From contig CAWJGT010000018.1 of NCBI GenBank assembly GCA_963842525.1, positions 1-47,695 of the forward strand: DNA of 47,695 nt, read 5' to 3'. The notes below the pieces were generated by a model. The model was given only the letters and a program-made list of their open reading frames with translations, was not told where the DNA came from and ran no database searches. This document shows positions 45,744 through 47,695 of the stretch, in pieces. The position numbers were made by a program, and so were the translations under genes. Positions within the stretch are counted from its first letter, which is position 1. Each line of letters begins with the position of its first letter. The DNA is from an uncultured Holophagales bacterium (GTDB taxonomy: Bacteria > Acidobacteriota > Thermoanaerobaculia > Multivoradales > UBA5704).

Positions 45744-46212
45744 GGCCCTGGTCGTCAACGCTTTGCCGTTCATTCTCCTCGCCCATCGAGCGTCTCATCT
45801 CCGGCTTCCCTCGCAAAGCTCCTTGTCGTACCAGAGGCCGTGATCCGGGAGATCCAAGCAGGGTCCATCGCGACGGGACGGCCCACCAGAGAAGGACTCC
45901 CCTCGATACTTCAAATTCAGATTCGACCGGTTCCCGATCCGATCGGCTTCTGGAACTTGGGGGCTGGCAATCCCAAGTTCTTGGCCCACGGACTTAACGG
46001 CCAGGATCGGAGGTCGTCTTGAATGATCTGGCGGCACGTCGCTGCGCATGCAGTCTGGGCCTTTCCATCGTAGGGACTTTGGGCGTTGTCGTTTCCGCCG
46101 CGATCGCGGCGTCATCAGCGCAGCAAGACCTGTCATCAAGACGCTTCGCGAGGCCGGGCTGCGCCTGAAACCGGCATTGATGGACGAAGCGTTGACGAAA
46201 GTGGGCGAGTAA
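45736..46212 (+). pseudogene. DUF3368-like PIN-domain toxin, frameshifted
   Basis: Fragments LVVNALPFILLA, VPEAVIREI, WNLGAG, AARRCA, IVGTLGV, LREAGLRL...EALTKVGE; overlaps the antitoxin stop. Confidence 0.7.
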
Positions 46213-46314
46213 GCTTCTCGCCCGCCGCGGCCGAGAGCACCATTCTACACACAGCGTTCAGGCGGGCCCCGGCCTCGAGGGTCCTGCCGAGACACCTGCG
46301 GGCGGGAGGTCGTC

Positions 46315-47192
46315 ATGCCCAGTTTCCACTTCTGTTGCTTCGGCTCGCTTGGACGGCGGATTACGAATCTCTCCGCCTCGCCCAATGGCCAGTACCTGGC
46401 GTGCAAGGGGTGCGCTACGAATCCGTCTGCGGGTCGCTGTCGCTTGATACGCCTCCCGCGCGGCTCCGGCGCGGCGTTTTGGTGCCCGTGGCTCTGGGTG
46501 CGCCGCCGTGGGTCGGCACACGCGCGGCGCGCGAGTGCGAAGCGTTGCAAAAGATCATCCTGCCGCTTGCCATGAAGGCTCCTGGAGTCCGCGGTTCACG
46601 CCGGCCGCAGCCCGCTGGCTTGATGAACAAACGCGCCATCCAGATCGCATCGGGCGAGATGCTGCTGAACATCCATGATGACCCGCATGCGGATCGTTCT
46701 GGCAAAACACGACCGCGCTTCCACGTGATGTCGCTTGATAATATCTACGCCGAGTCCAGCACAGGCGAGAATGGCCATTTTGAGCTGCGGGGCATGAATA
46801 ATCTCGACGCGCCGGGCGTCCTGCGCTGCCCGAGCACCTGCGGCGGCAGCACCGGCAGCTTTCTGCCCGGCGGCAAAGCCCGGCCCCTGCACGGCCCAGG
46901 GCGGCGTGATCGTAGTCGACTGTGCGGTAGAGCATCGCGCCGCGGGGGCAAAGTCCGTACGCTTCCAGAATCGGGCGGTGGCACCTATTGGGAAATCAGC
47001 GACTGCCTGTCGTTTCAAAGTCCTGAAGGTCAGTCCGTAGCGATTGGAAGCGCAGAAGAGGTTCCCTCTATTCGCCTGACAGACCCGAATCCGCCTCAAA
47101 GGCTTCAGCATCTCGCGCCACCGATTGGGCAGTCCGACTCGAGCCGCAGGGTTATGCCGCTCAAAATTCAGCCTCTTTTGGCCATCGCTTAA
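46315..47192 (+). CDS. Hypothetical coding region, frame and start uncertain
   Basis: Long ORF 46086..47192 and a GGAGG-ATG at 46315 in a different frame; no recognisable motif. Confidence 0.25.
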
Positions 47193-47695
47193 ATCTGTGG
47201 GGCAAGACGCCCATGAGTCTTTTTATGTTCTGCGATAACCTTGCAAGGGTCTCTGCGATTCCCTTGTTTGCTGCAGCTACATCTGTCAGGAATCCCGTGT
47301 GCGCCGTGTATATTCTTTCCTTAAGGGAGGAAATTTGCTCCCCCAACGCATTCCCCTCGTCCCCGGCAAAATCTTTCCGAAACTGACTGCTTAAACCGTT
47401 AATTTGCTCAACTAGGCCCAGGTTGCTTCGAATTATTGTTAGCTGAGCATACAATAGCGAATACAGTTCTCCGAGTAGCTCGCTCGAATCGTACAAGGTG
47501 TCTCGCAGAGCAGGTGTCCTTTCTAGGAGAACGACTTCATGCGCCAGCTGAAGAGCCTCCTCCAAGAAGGGTATTAGCTTATCCAACTCCGTCAACATAG
47601 CCTCACACGCATTTTTAGTCTCAAGAGGGTTAGGCAAAAGTCCATAGATCGCTCTGTACCTTATTGTCACTATGGCGTGGAGCGCAAACCATCTG
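47161..47695 (-). CDS. Partial hypothetical helical protein, AT-richer, open to the right edge
   Basis: ORF 47161..47670 has no in-frame stop up to the window end; base composition is visibly lower in GC. Confidence 0.55.
   Translation of the reverse strand, partial: RWFALHAIVTIRYRAIYGLLPNPLETKNACEAMLTELDKLIPFLEEALQLAHEVVLLERTPALRDTLYDSSELLGELYSLLYAQLTIIRSNLGLVEQINGLSSQFRKDFAGDEGNALGEQISSLKERIYTAHTGFLTDVAAANKGIAETLARLSQNIKRLMGVLPHRFKRWPKEAEF

Overview
High-GC bacterial window with three blocks; the gene families suggest a soil Acidobacteriota/Thermoanaerobaculia-like host, which is inference only. (1) 1-13487 starts with a regulatory cluster: a tandem HhH/alpha-CTD-like repeat protein, a stand-alone anti-sigma-like Zn finger, two XRE-HTH/TPR paralogues flanking a secreted Cys-loop repeat peptide gene, and a third TPR gene. 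A prophage-like integrative element follows: divergent CI/Cro-like switch, iteron-containing replication initiator, DnaC-like loader, DnaB, apparently inactive Tyr- and Ser-recombinase homologues, a 58-aa ORF and a large serine recombinase whose 3' end overlaps a tRNA-Glu(TTC). (2) 13523-41620 (minus strand) is a five-gene, translationally coupled hybrid NRPS/PKS with 6 NRPS modules, 2 KS-AT-ACP modules and a terminal reductase. (3) 41860-47695 holds a PCD/DCoH-like gene, a second secreted 'GxxxDPNG' peptide next to a Zn-finger-TPR gene and an XRE gene, a degraded UPF0175/DUF3368-like toxin-antitoxin pair and hypotheticals. The best candidates for novelty are a recurring secreted-peptide/TPR-regulator module (RRNPP/arbitrium-like logic), a REP-type palindrome inserted in frame into NRPS, PKS and phage proteins, and the recombinase trio next to the tRNA. 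Many single-base frameshifts occur in the flanks and may be sequencing errors.
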